32,000 nucleotides of DNA from Candidatus Saganbacteria bacterium (GTDB taxonomy: Bacteria > Margulisbacteria > WOR-1 > JAKLHX01). The DNA is taken from assembly GCA_026387835.1 (NCBI GenBank), contig JAPLKZ010000013.1, positions 1 through 32,000 on the forward strand, written 5' to 3'. Both the position numbers and the translations under genes were made by a program. This document shows, in pieces, positions 18,451 through 27,158 of this stretch. Below the pieces are notes generated by a model. It saw nothing but the letters and a program-made list of their open reading frames with translations, was not told the origin of the DNA and did not search any database. Positions within the stretch are counted from its first letter, which is position 1. Every line of letters begins with the position of its first letter.

Positions 18451-19302
18451 ATGAGGACCATCATTCAGCTTCTTGTCAGCATTTCCATGTACACCTTTAT
18501 CCTGACCAGCCTGTTCGGTGCCGGGCTCGGTCTGACAATAAAAGAGATCATTGAACCGATAAAAAATTTAAGGATCGTTTTTCTGGCGCTTCTTTCCAAT
18601 TTTGCGCTTATCCCTCTGATGGCTTTCGCATTATCAGTTTTCTTAAAGGCTGATCCAGGATTGCATGCCGGGCTGATCATCATCGCATGCTGTGCAGGCG
18701 CTCCATTCCTACCAAAGCTGATAACTCTGGCAAAAGGAGATATTGCTCATGCTGTGGGCTTTATGGTCCTGATGATGATCTCAACAGTCGCTTTCGCTCC
18801 TTTTATATTGCCTCTTGCCATTCCGGGACTTTCCGTGAGCCCTTTTGCAATAGCCGCTCCTTTGATCGTCCTGATGCTGTTTCCTCTCATTTCCGGACTC
18901 CTTGTGACTGCTGGGAGCATCCGTATTGCTAATTTCCTAAAACCTGCGATGATGAGAATTTCGTCCGTCAGCCTTTTATTAGCCGGGGTCTTTATTATTT
19001 TGGTGGATCATAAGATAATAATTTCCGCCTATGGTACGGGCGTGTATAATCTCACATTCCTATTTACGGTCTTTGCTTTGGTTATAGGATTCTTCTTTAT
19101 AGGTTTTGACAGGCCTAAAAGAGTTGTGTTTTCACTGGGATCCGGCGCGCGCAATATAGCGGCAGCCCTGATAATAGCGACTGCCAATTTTAATGAGCCG
19201 AGAGTAACAACGGTGGTCCTGATAGGCAGCCTGGTCCAGTTTATAATGCTGTTCTTGTTCGCATATATCTGCGGCAGGGTAGGAGCATCCAGAACAGTCT
19301 GA
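18451..19302 (+). CDS. Bile acid:sodium symporter (BASS)-like membrane transporter
   Basis: About 9 hydrophobic helices. GLIIIACCAGAPFLPKLITLAKGD and FSLGSGARNIAAALIIATANF resemble BASS signature regions. Confidence 0.8.
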   Translation: MRTIIQLLVSISMYTFILTSLFGAGLGLTIKEIIEPIKNLRIVFLALLSNFALIPLMAFALSVFLKADPGLHAGLIIIACCAGAPFLPKLITLAKGDIAHAVGFMVLMMISTVAFAPFILPLAIPGLSVSPFAIAAPLIVLMLFPLISGLLVTAGSIRIANFLKPAMMRISSVSLLLAGVFIILVDHKIIISAYGTGVYNLTFLFTVFALVIGFFFIGFDRPKRVVFSLGSGARNIAAALIIATANFNEPRVTTVVLIGSLVQFIMLFLFAYICGRVGASRTV

Positions 19303-19306
19303 AGGG

Positions 19307-20614
19307 TTATAGCATCTTTTTACCGACAGCTTTATTTATTTTAGCCTTAGCTATCTCAACATTGAACAAAGCATTAAGATGATCTGTCCAGGCCTGCGTC
19401 AAAGACACCTGGGCGTCGAGCACATCAACATTCGTTCCCAGGCCGGAATTGTATAACGAGTTTGAGACTTGATAACTTTCTTCGGCCGAATCCACCGCCT
19501 GCTTCGTAGCAATGACTATATCCAGAGCACTTTTCAGGTTCAAATAAGAGCCGTGGACCTCCATGGCGATATTATTCTTGAACTGATCGACATTGGCCTT
19601 CTGGGCTGCCAGGTTCTCAAATGCTTCCTTAACACGGTTCTCTCTTGCAAAGCTGTCAAAGATGTTCCATGACCCGCTTCCCATCACTTTCCATGAATTG
19701 ACGTTTGACTGGAAAGTAGGGAATTGGGTAAGCTGGTTACCTGAATTCGCCGACAGAACGATGCTCGGCAGGTAATCGGTCTGCGAAAGCCGGACCTGGT
19801 CCTCGCTGATGCCGGTAGCGAGCTGATACATTTTCCAGTCAGGGCGGTTATCATATGCGGCCTTAAGAAGCGTGTCATAATCCTGAAGACCGTCGGCTTT
19901 ACCTGTAAAACCTTCGTCTTTGACATCGACCGGCTGTTTCATGTCATTTCCCAAAACATTATTAAAAGAATCTTTTGAAAGTTCAATATCATACTTGGAC
20001 TGGATCAGCGACACATTGTCGTCAGCTTCCATGACCTTTGACTGCAAAAAGTCCGCTCTCCTGGCCAAACCGGCATTCATCATTGACTGCACTTGTTTAC
20101 GGTGAGCAGTGGCCATATCAAGCGAATCGCTCATCAGCTTTTCCATCTTGATCGATTTTAATACCCCAAAATATGCCTGGGTCACATTGAATGATGTATC
20201 AATGACCGTTTGTTGATATTGCTGTGTTGCCGAATCAGCGCCTTTCTTGGCGATCCCCAGTTCCGGAAAAAGAGCGGTTACAAGGACCGGCTGTGAAAGT
20301 TGCGCCTGTAGTCCTGAACCGGTTGCTGTGGCATCCGTTCCAAAGGTAACATTCTGCGTCACGCCGGCGGTAGTGATCTGTACTGTTTGCGGCGAAGAAT
20401 AAGCCTGGTTCAAATTCCCGTTTACATTAACCGCAGGGAAAAACGCGCTTATAGCCTGGTTCAACTTAGCGCCTGCTGCCGCGGCTTTTTTCTGCGACGC
20501 GATCACCGTAGGGTTGGTCTTTATCGCAAAATTGATGCTTTCGTCAAGGTCCATCGCGTTCGCCTGCGCCATGAACAGGATCAAAATGAACGGGACTAAA
20601 AGATATTTTCTCAT
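19307..20614 (-). CDS. TolC-family outer membrane protein (ABC efflux operon)
   Basis: Signal peptide, MDLDESINFAIKTNPTVIASQKKAAAAGAKLNQA, and SYQVSNSLYNSGLGTNVDVLDAQVSLTQAWTDHLNALFNVEIAKAKINKAVGK. Confidence 0.92.
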   Translation of the reverse strand: MRKYLLVPFILILFMAQANAMDLDESINFAIKTNPTVIASQKKAAAAGAKLNQAISAFFPAVNVNGNLNQAYSSPQTVQITTAGVTQNVTFGTDATATGSGLQAQLSQPVLVTALFPELGIAKKGADSATQQYQQTVIDTSFNVTQAYFGVLKSIKMEKLMSDSLDMATAHRKQVQSMMNAGLARRADFLQSKVMEADDNVSLIQSKYDIELSKDSFNNVLGNDMKQPVDVKDEGFTGKADGLQDYDTLLKAAYDNRPDWKMYQLATGISEDQVRLSQTDYLPSIVLSANSGNQLTQFPTFQSNVNSWKVMGSGSWNIFDSFARENRVKEAFENLAAQKANVDQFKNNIAMEVHGSYLNLKSALDIVIATKQAVDSAEESYQVSNSLYNSGLGTNVDVLDAQVSLTQAWTDHLNALFNVEIAKAKINKAVGKKML

Positions 20615-20630
20615 TATGCCCTCCTTTATA

Positions 20631-21764
20631 TTACACTAAACTTTTACGAAATTTTAATACGCTGACCGTCAGGATCGATATGCCGATCAGCAGCAGCGGC
20701 CAGATCTCAGGCCACAGATATGTGATCCCTGTTCCTTTAAGGAAAAGCTCCCTGACGATCGAAAGGAAATATCGCAACGGTACGAAATATGTGACGAACT
20801 GGATGAACAGAGGCATATTTTCGATCGGGAAAACAAAGCCGGATAAAAGAAGCTGGGGCGCGGTCACCAGCAGGTTGAGCATGCCCGCCTGCCTCTCATT
20901 AACGGCGAATGTAGAGATCAAAACTCCGGTCCCGAGCCCGGCCAGAAGATAGACCGCTCCTGTTACGAACAGAAGGAAAACGCTGCCGCGCATCGGCACT
21001 CCGAACCAGAGCGTGGAGATCAAAAAAACTATGGACATATCAAACATTGCAACACCGGCGAACGGGATCAATTTCCCCATGATGAGTTCCATCGGTTTAA
21101 GCGGGGTGACGGAAAGCATCTCTATCGTTCCGCGGGTCTTTTCTTTGACGATCGAGGAAACGGTCAGGATCATGCTTATCAGCATCAACAACTGCGCAAA
21201 GATCCCAGGAACATAGAAATAACGGCTTTCAATATCCCCGTTGTACCAGATCCTGGTACGCATATCGAACAGCGGGCTGGCGTACTTTGCCAGACCGTGC
21301 CGGAACAAACGTTCTTTAAAAATATCGGCCGAGGCCATGCTCCCGACCGCGCCGACATATGACTGTGTGATCATGGCGATCGAAGCATTGCTCCCGTCCA
21401 TATCCACCTGAACATCCGCGGTCTGTTCATGGGCGATCTTTTGCCCGAATTTATGGGGAATGTATATCACCAGTTTTGCCCGGCCGTTGTCAAGGTAGCG
21501 AGAAATTTGTCCCCTGTTCTGCAGGCAGTAATTGAAATCAAAATACTCGGTCGCGTTGAACCGTCTTAAGAACTCGCGGCTTTCATATGTCTTGTCATCG
21601 TCCAGCACAGCTGTTGAAAGATGCTTGATGTCCATTGACGCCACATATCCCAAAAGAAAAAGCTGGACTATCGGCATGACGATAGCTATGAACAGCATCC
21701 TTTTGTCCCGCATCAGCTGCAGGACCTCTTTTTTCATAAAATGGAACAAACGGCTGTCAAACAT
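20631..21764 (-). CDS. ABC-2 type transporter permease (YbhS/YbhR-like)
   Basis: FMKKEVLQLMRDKRMLFIAIVMPIVQLFLLGY, SIVKEKTRGTIEMLSVTPLKPMELIMGKLIPF, LLLSGFVFPIENMPLFIQFVTYFVPLRYFL. Confidence 0.93.
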   Translation of the reverse strand: MFDSRLFHFMKKEVLQLMRDKRMLFIAIVMPIVQLFLLGYVASMDIKHLSTAVLDDDKTYESREFLRRFNATEYFDFNYCLQNRGQISRYLDNGRAKLVIYIPHKFGQKIAHEQTADVQVDMDGSNASIAMITQSYVGAVGSMASADIFKERLFRHGLAKYASPLFDMRTRIWYNGDIESRYFYVPGIFAQLLMLISMILTVSSIVKEKTRGTIEMLSVTPLKPMELIMGKLIPFAGVAMFDMSIVFLISTLWFGVPMRGSVFLLFVTGAVYLLAGLGTGVLISTFAVNERQAGMLNLLVTAPQLLLSGFVFPIENMPLFIQFVTYFVPLRYFLSIVRELFLKGTGITYLWPEIWPLLLIGISILTVSVLKFRKSLV

Positions 21765-22813
21765 CAGTCTAACCTCTTTTTAAATTTTGCAATACTGACC
21801 GCGATAAAGAACAGGCTTAAAATGGTCATCCCGACGAAATCCTGCCAGAAACAGGAAAGTCCGACGCCTTTAAGATAGATCGCCCGCAAAATATCAATAA
21901 GATACCGCGCCGGGACAAAGAGCGACAGCGCCTGCAGTGCCACAGGCATGTTCTCGATCGGGAATGTAAAACCGGACAGGAGCATCGCGGGGAGCAGTGT
22001 TGTGACCGCCGCCATCTGCATCGCCGCCTGGCTGGATGTGGCGGTGGTAGAGATAAAAAGGCCAAGGGCCATCGTTCCGACCATAAACATCACATAAGGA
22101 AGAATTTTACCCAGCATCAGTTCATACTTCCTGATGGGGCTGACGATGATGCTTTCTATGGTGCCCTGTTCTTTTTCCGAGATGATCGTCAGTGAAGTCA
22201 AAACAGCCGAGACCTGCATCAGGATGACGGCGATCAGGCCCGGTATATAAAAATCCATGGAACGCAAATCCTCGTTATACCAGATGCGCGGTATCAATTT
22301 GATGGGTGAGGTCACCGGCCTTACAAGGCCGAGTTGATTGACTTTTATCTGGATAAGGTCCTGATTGAACCCGGCAGATATAGTTTGCACATAACCGACA
22401 GCGGACTGGGCCCATGTCGAGTCAGAGCCGTCTATCAAAGCCTGGACAGTCGCTTTTTTGCCTCCCCTGATCGCCTGCCCGAACTTGTGCGGGATGCTGA
22501 GCACTACCTTGGCCTTGCCTTTATCAAGGATGACAGGGATCTCTTTGTCGGAATAAATGAAAGACTGGAGCTTGAAATACTTGTTCTTGACGAAGCGGTC
22601 GATAAAATTGCGGCTTTCGACCGTTTTGTCCTTGTCAAGGACCGCAGTCGGGATATGGTTGACGTCCAGCGTCGCGGCAAAACCATAAAGGACCAGCATG
22701 AAGACCGGCATGATGAGCATGACGGTGAGCGAGATCGGATCGCGGAATATGGTGATGAACTCTTTCTTGATCACCGAATACAGCCGTTTAGGATTGATAG
22801 CGCTTGATTTCAT
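21764..22813 (-). CDS. ABC-2 type transporter permease (paralogue of the adjacent permease)
   Basis: VIKKEFITIFRDPISLTVMLIMPVFMLVLYGFA, EKEQGTIESIIVSPIRKYELMLGKILPY, MLLSGFTFPIENMPVALQALSLFVPARYLIDILR. Confidence 0.93.
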   Translation of the reverse strand: MKSSAINPKRLYSVIKKEFITIFRDPISLTVMLIMPVFMLVLYGFAATLDVNHIPTAVLDKDKTVESRNFIDRFVKNKYFKLQSFIYSDKEIPVILDKGKAKVVLSIPHKFGQAIRGGKKATVQALIDGSDSTWAQSAVGYVQTISAGFNQDLIQIKVNQLGLVRPVTSPIKLIPRIWYNEDLRSMDFYIPGLIAVILMQVSAVLTSLTIISEKEQGTIESIIVSPIRKYELMLGKILPYVMFMVGTMALGLFISTTATSSQAAMQMAAVTTLLPAMLLSGFTFPIENMPVALQALSLFVPARYLIDILRAIYLKGVGLSCFWQDFVGMTILSLFFIAVSIAKFKKRLD

Positions 22814-23763
22814 TTTTTTCCTTTTGCGAGTTCGGCCTGCTGTTTTTCCACAAGAAAAACGAACACATCTTCAAGTGACGGCAGTATTTTTTCTATTCTT
22901 TTGACCTGCAGGCTCTCTTTTGCCAGTGTATCCCGGATATCTTTTTCATATTTTGCGTCCTCGACAAGCACGTGAAGAAAAACCCCGTAAAGCGACACAT
23001 CTTTACTGAAAGGCTGCACTCTTAATGCTTCCAGCCCTTTCATCACATGATCAACTTCGATCTCAAAGAGCGTGTTGGTCATCAGTTTGGACTTGAGGTT
23101 GGCCGGCGAATCGCAGGCTATCATCTGTCCCGCGCTGATCAGGGAGATTCTGTTGCACATCTCTGCCTCATCCATATAATGAGTGGTGACAAGGATCGTG
23201 ACCCCGCTTGAAGCCAGCTCTCCGATCACTTTCCAGAATTTCTTGCGGGATATCGGATCGACCCCGCCAGTCGGCTCGTCCAAAAATAAGATCTTCGGCT
23301 CGTGTATGATGGAGCAGCCGAGCGCCAGGTGCTGCTTGACCGATAGTGAAAGAGTCCCGGTGATGATATCCCTGCACTCTGTGAGCTCCGCCTGCTGCAG
23401 TATTTTTTCCATCTGCTGCGCCCTGGTAGCTTTGCTGGTCTGGTACATCCCGGCGTAAAAATCAATGTTCTCTCCGATAGTAAGGTCATCATAAAGGGAG
23501 AACTTCTGGCACATGTAGCCAATATGCTGTTTTACTTTTTGAGATTCTTTTCCCAAAAGATATCCTCCGACCTTGCCGATGCCGGAAGTCGGCTCAAGCA
23601 GGCCGCACAGCATCCTGATCGTGGTGGTTTTACCGGCCCCGTTAGGTCCGAGAAAACCGAATATCTCGCCCCGCTTTACCGAAAAGTTTATATTATTCAC
23701 TGCGGTAAAGCTTCCGAATTTCTTTACCAGGCCCTTGACCTCGATAGTTATATCTTCGCTCAT
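22810..23763 (-). CDS. ABC transporter ATP-binding protein
   Basis: Walker A GPNGAGKTTT, signature-position LSLSVKQHLALGCSIIHEPKILFLDEPTGGVDP, H-loop TTHYMDE. Confidence 0.94.
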   Translation of the reverse strand: MSEDITIEVKGLVKKFGSFTAVNNINFSVKRGEIFGFLGPNGAGKTTTIRMLCGLLEPTSGIGKVGGYLLGKESQKVKQHIGYMCQKFSLYDDLTIGENIDFYAGMYQTSKATRAQQMEKILQQAELTECRDIITGTLSLSVKQHLALGCSIIHEPKILFLDEPTGGVDPISRKKFWKVIGELASSGVTILVTTHYMDEAEMCNRISLISAGQMIACDSPANLKSKLMTNTLFEIEVDHVMKGLEALRVQPFSKDVSLYGVFLHVLVEDAKYEKDIRDTLAKESLQVKRIEKILPSLEDVFVFLVEKQQAELAKGKK

Positions 23764-24482
23764 TTTGCCGTTTCAATCGCCTTTATAAAGGCTTCCTCAA
23801 GACTTTTTGTTCCGTATAGATGTTTAATATTGTCCGGCGTATCGCAGTTGAGAAGATGTCCTTCCCGTATCAGCGCGATGCGGGTACATCTCTCGGCTTC
23901 GTCCATATAAGGGGTGGTGACTACGATCGTCACATCTGTCAGCCCGTAAAGGATCCGCCAGAACTCTCTTCGGGATATCGGATCTACCCCGAGCGTCGGC
24001 TCGTCAAGCATGATGATCTCGGGTTTGTGTATAAGGTTGGTGGCAAGGGCGAGTTTTTTTTGCATACCTCCGGAAAGGTTCTTTCCTCTTCTGTCAGCGA
24101 ATTTAGACATGCCCGTGAACTCCAGCAGTTCCTTCTTTTTCGGGCCGATCTCGCTTTTGGAAAGTCCATAGATCTCCGCGAAAAAATTGATGTTCTCATC
24201 AACGGTCAGATCTCCATAAAGAGCAAAACGCTGGGGCATATAGCCGATCCGGTCGCGGATTTCCTCTTCCTGATTTTTGGTGTCAAACCCGAGGACAAAC
24301 GCTTCTCCTGAAGTCGGGGTCATAGCTGTGGAGATAAGACGCATGGTCGTACTTTTTCCGGCACCGTCAGGGCCGACAAGGCCAAAGATCTCACCGGGAC
24401 GGACCTGAAGGTCTAAGCTATTTACCGCCGTGTTATTGCCGAACTTTTTGGTGAGTTTTTTTGTCTCTATTGCGAATTGCAT
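23760..24482 (-). CDS. ABC transporter ATP-binding protein (second)
   Basis: GPDGAGKSTTMR, NLSGGMQKKLALATNLIHKPEIIMLDEPTLGVDP, VTTPYMDEA. Confidence 0.94.
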   Translation of the reverse strand: MQFAIETKKLTKKFGNNTAVNSLDLQVRPGEIFGLVGPDGAGKSTTMRLISTAMTPTSGEAFVLGFDTKNQEEEIRDRIGYMPQRFALYGDLTVDENINFFAEIYGLSKSEIGPKKKELLEFTGMSKFADRRGKNLSGGMQKKLALATNLIHKPEIIMLDEPTLGVDPISRREFWRILYGLTDVTIVVTTPYMDEAERCTRIALIREGHLLNCDTPDNIKHLYGTKSLEEAFIKAIETAK

Positions 24483-25258
24483 AAGAACTCGCCGTCTGCC
24501 GGCATTCCGGGTTTTAAGATATGGTCCGGATTTGGGACGATGACTTTGATCTTATAGACATATGTTGTTCTTTCTTCCTGTGTCTGGATCGGCTTTGGGG
24601 TGAACTCTTCTTTGTCGGATATATAGGAGACCCATCCCATAAAAGGTTTTTTTGGCTGTGAATCGATCGTTACCTTGACCTTATCACCCAATTTCAGCTT
24701 TCCGACAACCTTGTCCCCGACATATAAATACAGTTTGACCTGGTCAAGGTTTGCCATTGTCGCGATAGGCGACCCCGGCACAACAAGTTCTCCCATTTCA
24801 ATCGCCTTTGAAAGTATTGAACCTTTGATAGGAGATGTGATCGTTGTATAGCCCAGCTGATTTTCGGCAAGAGTCAGAGCTGCTGCCATAGCTTCATAGT
24901 TATGCTGGGCCGTGTCAAGCTGGTCAGCGCTGATAGAGCGGGTCGCATACGCTTCTTTGTTGCGCTGCAGCTCTTTCTTGGCCAATTCGCATTTCGCCTT
25001 GGCGCTGTCAAGCTGGGCCTGATAATCCTGTCTTTCAACCTGACACAAAACTTCGTTTGTGACGACATCCGATCCCTCATCGATATTCAACTGGATGATA
25101 CGGCCTGTAACCTTGCTACTGACCACGATCTCGGTCACCTCTATGGTCCCGCTCCCGTAGATCCCCTTGTTTAAAGAACGGAGCGCAAAGAAAGTCCCGT
25201 ATCCGGCTACCATAATAACAACGAACACGATCCCGATGATGATCAAACGCTTATTCAT
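24467..25258 (-). CDS. HlyD/YbhG-like membrane fusion protein
   Basis: One N-terminal transmembrane segment. SGTIEVTEIVVSSKVTGRIIQLNIDEGSDV, TTITSPIKGSILSKAIEMGELVVPGSPI. Confidence 0.9.
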   Translation of the reverse strand: MNKRLIIIGIVFVVIMVAGYGTFFALRSLNKGIYGSGTIEVTEIVVSSKVTGRIIQLNIDEGSDVVTNEVLCQVERQDYQAQLDSAKAKCELAKKELQRNKEAYATRSISADQLDTAQHNYEAMAAALTLAENQLGYTTITSPIKGSILSKAIEMGELVVPGSPIATMANLDQVKLYLYVGDKVVGKLKLGDKVKVTIDSQPKKPFMGWVSYISDKEEFTPKPIQTQEERTTYVYKIKVIVPNPDHILKPGMPADGEFLCNSQ

Positions 25259-25300
25259 TTCTTTCCCTCCTTATTGAACTTAATTGCTTAAGATTTTCAT

Positions 25301-25328
25301 ATTATAACAATATATTTTAGGTTTGCAA
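25301..25328 (-). promoter_or_regulatory. Candidate promoter of the ABC efflux operon: TTGCAA-N16-TATAAT with extended -10 (TGTTATAAT)
   Basis: Minus strand -35-like TTGCAA (25323-25328) and TGTTATAAT (25301-25309). A GGAGG Shine-Dalgarno precedes ATG 25258. Confidence 0.45.
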
Positions 25329-25330
25329 AC
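25321..25330. promoter_or_regulatory. Perfect palindrome GTTTGCAAAC overlapping the candidate -35 of the ABC efflux operon
   Basis: 10-bp self-complementary sequence in the divergent intergenic region. Confidence 0.4.
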
Positions 25331-25391
25331 AACTTACGGAAATGAAGGAATATATTATAAGCCAGTGTTTACTAGCTAGGTCAAATAATAA

Positions 25392-25403
25392 TACAAAAAT
25401 GTA
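25392..25403. promoter_or_regulatory. TACA-N4-TGTA site 1 of pair A (TACAAAAATGTA)
   Basis: Part of the 14-mer ATACAAAAATGTAG, found identically at 29110-29123. Confidence 0.6.
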
Positions 25404-25413
25404 GAATGCCGGG

Positions 25414-25442
25414 TTGATTATACCAAAATTGTATCGTATAAT
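25414..25442 (+). promoter_or_regulatory. Sigma70-like promoter of the sigma54-activator gene: TTGATT-N17-TATAAT
   Basis: -35 at 25414-25419, 17-bp spacer, -10 at 25437-25442. The predicted TSS falls at or next to ATG 25449. Confidence 0.6.
25422..25433. promoter_or_regulatory. Degenerate site 2 of pair A (ACCAAAATTGTA) inside the promoter spacer
   Basis: Right half TGTA is conserved and the left half is degenerate. Centre is 30 bp from site 1. Confidence 0.4.
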
Positions 25443-25448
25443 AATTAT

Positions 25449-27005
25449 ATGACCGAACTAAAAGGTGTGCTTTTACAAAGGAAAGTCCATGAACTTACAG
25501 CGTTGTATGAGATCAGCCAGGCGCTCGGGCTTACCCTTGACATGGAAAGATCCATGTATTCGATAATGGAGGTCCTGGATAAACATCTGGGCATGACGAG
25601 GGGAACGGTCACTCTCCTGCATTTGCATACGGGAGAGCTTTTTATCGAAGTCGCTCACGGTCTTACGGAATCGGAAAAGAAAAGAGGTATTTATAAGATC
25701 GGTGAAGGTATCACGGGAAAAGTAGTTGAGACCGGTGTGCCGGCAATCATCCCGAAAATAGGGGAAGAGCCGTTATTTTTGAATAAGACCAAAGCAAGAA
25801 AAAAAGATGTCGTTAAAAAGGACATCTCGTTCATCTGTGTCCCGATAAAGATCGGCAAGAACGTGATAGGAGCTTTTTCGGTCGACAAGATATTCAGCCC
25901 TGATATGCCGCTTGAAGAGGATGTCAGGTTTTTGACAATAGTCGCTTCGATGATCGCACAGTCGGTAAAGATACACCAGTTGATCCAGTCAGAAAAGGAT
26001 AAATTGCTGGAGGAGAATATAAACCTGCGCGAGGAGTTGAAGCAGAAATACAGCTTCAAGAACATAATCGGCAACAGCAGCAGGATGAGCGAGGTCTTCA
26101 TGATGATAGGCCGTGTGGCAAAGAGCGACGCGACGGTCCTTATTAGAGGGGAATCCGGGACAGGTAAAGAGCTGGTCGCGCACGCCATACATTATAATAG
26201 TCTCCGTGCGAAAAGGCCCTTCATAAAGGTCAACTGCGCGGCGCTTCCCGAGAACCTGATAGAGGCAGAGCTTTTTGGATACGAAAGAGGAGCTTTTACA
26301 GGGGCGTTCGAAAGAAAGGCCGGAAGGTTCGAGCTGGCAGAGGGCGGGACGATCTTCCTTGATGAGATAGGAGACCTCAGCCAGTCGACGCAGGTAAAAC
26401 TTCTCCGGGTGATACAGGAAAGAGAGTTCGAACGTCTTGGCGGCACTGAAACGATAAAATGTAATGTCAGACTGATAACCGCGACCAACCAGAACCTGGA
26501 AAAACTGATAAGCGAACACAATTTCAGAGAAGACCTTTATTACAGATTGAACGTATTTCCGATATATATCCCTCCTTTGCGTGAAAGAAAGGACGATATC
26601 CTGCTTCTTTCGGAATATTTCCTGGAAAAATATGCCAAGGAGAACAAGAAGAACATAAAAAGAATATCAACCCCGGCAATAGATGCGCTAATGAGTTATC
26701 ACTGGCCCGGCAACGTTAGGGAACTTGAGAACTGTATCGAAAGAGCGGTACTTATGTGCGAGGGAGAGGTGATATATGCGCATCACCTGCCCCCGACGCT
26801 CCAGACGGCTACCGATACAAAGACAGAGATAAAGCAGTCGCTCGAAATTCTTGTTTCCGGCTTTGAAAAAGATATTATCGTGGATGCTTTAAAAACCATG
26901 CGCGGGAACATATCAAGATCAGCAAAGCTGCTTCAGACCACCGAAAGAATATTCGGCTATAAACTTAGCCAGTATGATATCGATTACAAAAAATACCGCG
27001 CCTAA
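25449..27005 (+). CDS. Sigma54-dependent transcriptional activator, GAF-AAA+-Fis architecture (NifA-like)
   Basis: N-terminal GAF-like region, [29 protein letters not shown] (GAFTGA loop), [24 protein letters not shown]-terminal Fis-type HTH. No receiver domain. Confidence 0.93.
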   Translation: MTELKGVLLQRKVHELTALYEISQALGLTLDMERSMYSIMEVLDKHLGMTRGTVTLLHLHTGELFIEVAHGLTESEKKRGIYKIGEGITGKVVETGVPAIIPKIGEEPLFLNKTKARKKDVVKKDISFICVPIKIGKNVIGAFSVDKIFSPDMPLEEDVRFLTIVASMIAQSVKIHQLIQSEKDKLLEENINLREELKQKYSFKNIIGNSSRMSEVFMMIGRVAKSDATVLIRGESGTGKELVAHAIHYNSLRAKRPFIKVNCAALPENLIEAELFGYERGAFTGAFERKAGRFELAEGGTIFLDEIGDLSQSTQVKLLRVIQEREFERLGGTETIKCNVRLITATNQNLEKLISEHNFREDLYYRLNVFPIYIPPLRERKDDILLLSEYFLEKYAKENKKNIKRISTPAIDALMSYHWPGNVRELENCIERAVLMCEGEVIYAHHLPPTLQTATDTKTEIKQSLEILVSGFEKDIIVDALKTMRGNISRSAKLLQTTERIFGYKLSQYDIDYKKYRA

Positions 27006-27017
27006 TACCTCCAAAAC

Positions 27018-27060
27018 TACAATAACGTAAAATATTCTGTAGGCATTCTACAAAATTGTT
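27018..27060. promoter_or_regulatory. Pair B of TACA-N4-TGTA-like sites: TACAATAACGTA (27018-27029) and TACAAAATTGTT (27049-27060)
   Basis: Each has one mismatch to TACA-N4-TGTA. Centres 31 bp apart, about 76 and 107 bp upstream of the predicted sigma54 start. Confidence 0.55.
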
Positions 27061-27104
27061 ATCAGTTGCCGCGCTTTCCCTCTAATGTTCTCTTGATCTT
27101 CCCT

Positions 27105-27119
27105 CGGCAGGCAAATTGC
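27105..27119 (+). promoter_or_regulatory. Candidate sigma54 promoter CGGCAG-N5-TTGC
   Basis: GG (27106-27107), exactly 10 nt, then GC (27118-27119), plus a consensus-like TTGCT at -12. Located 40 nt before ATG 27159. Confidence 0.55.
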
Positions 27120-27158
27120 TCATCTTTCTGTCAAACAGGCCGGAAAGGAGACGGAATC

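Noticed and set aside
23820-24311. 163-aa plus-strand ORF opposite the ABC ATPase (and the 157-aa ORF at 22334-22807)
   Set aside because: Antisense to conserved ABC transporter genes; no domain-like pattern.
27038-27052. Possible classical NifA site TGT-N10-ACA
   Set aside because: Spacing here is 9, not 10, and the pattern is not repeated in the other two regulatory gaps. The TACA-N4-TGTA pairing explains all three gaps better.
27066-27158. N-terminal extension of the exported protein as given in the ORF track
   Set aside because: The extension covers the predicted sigma54 promoter and lacks a ribosome-binding site. ATG 27159 has a good site and begins a signal peptide.
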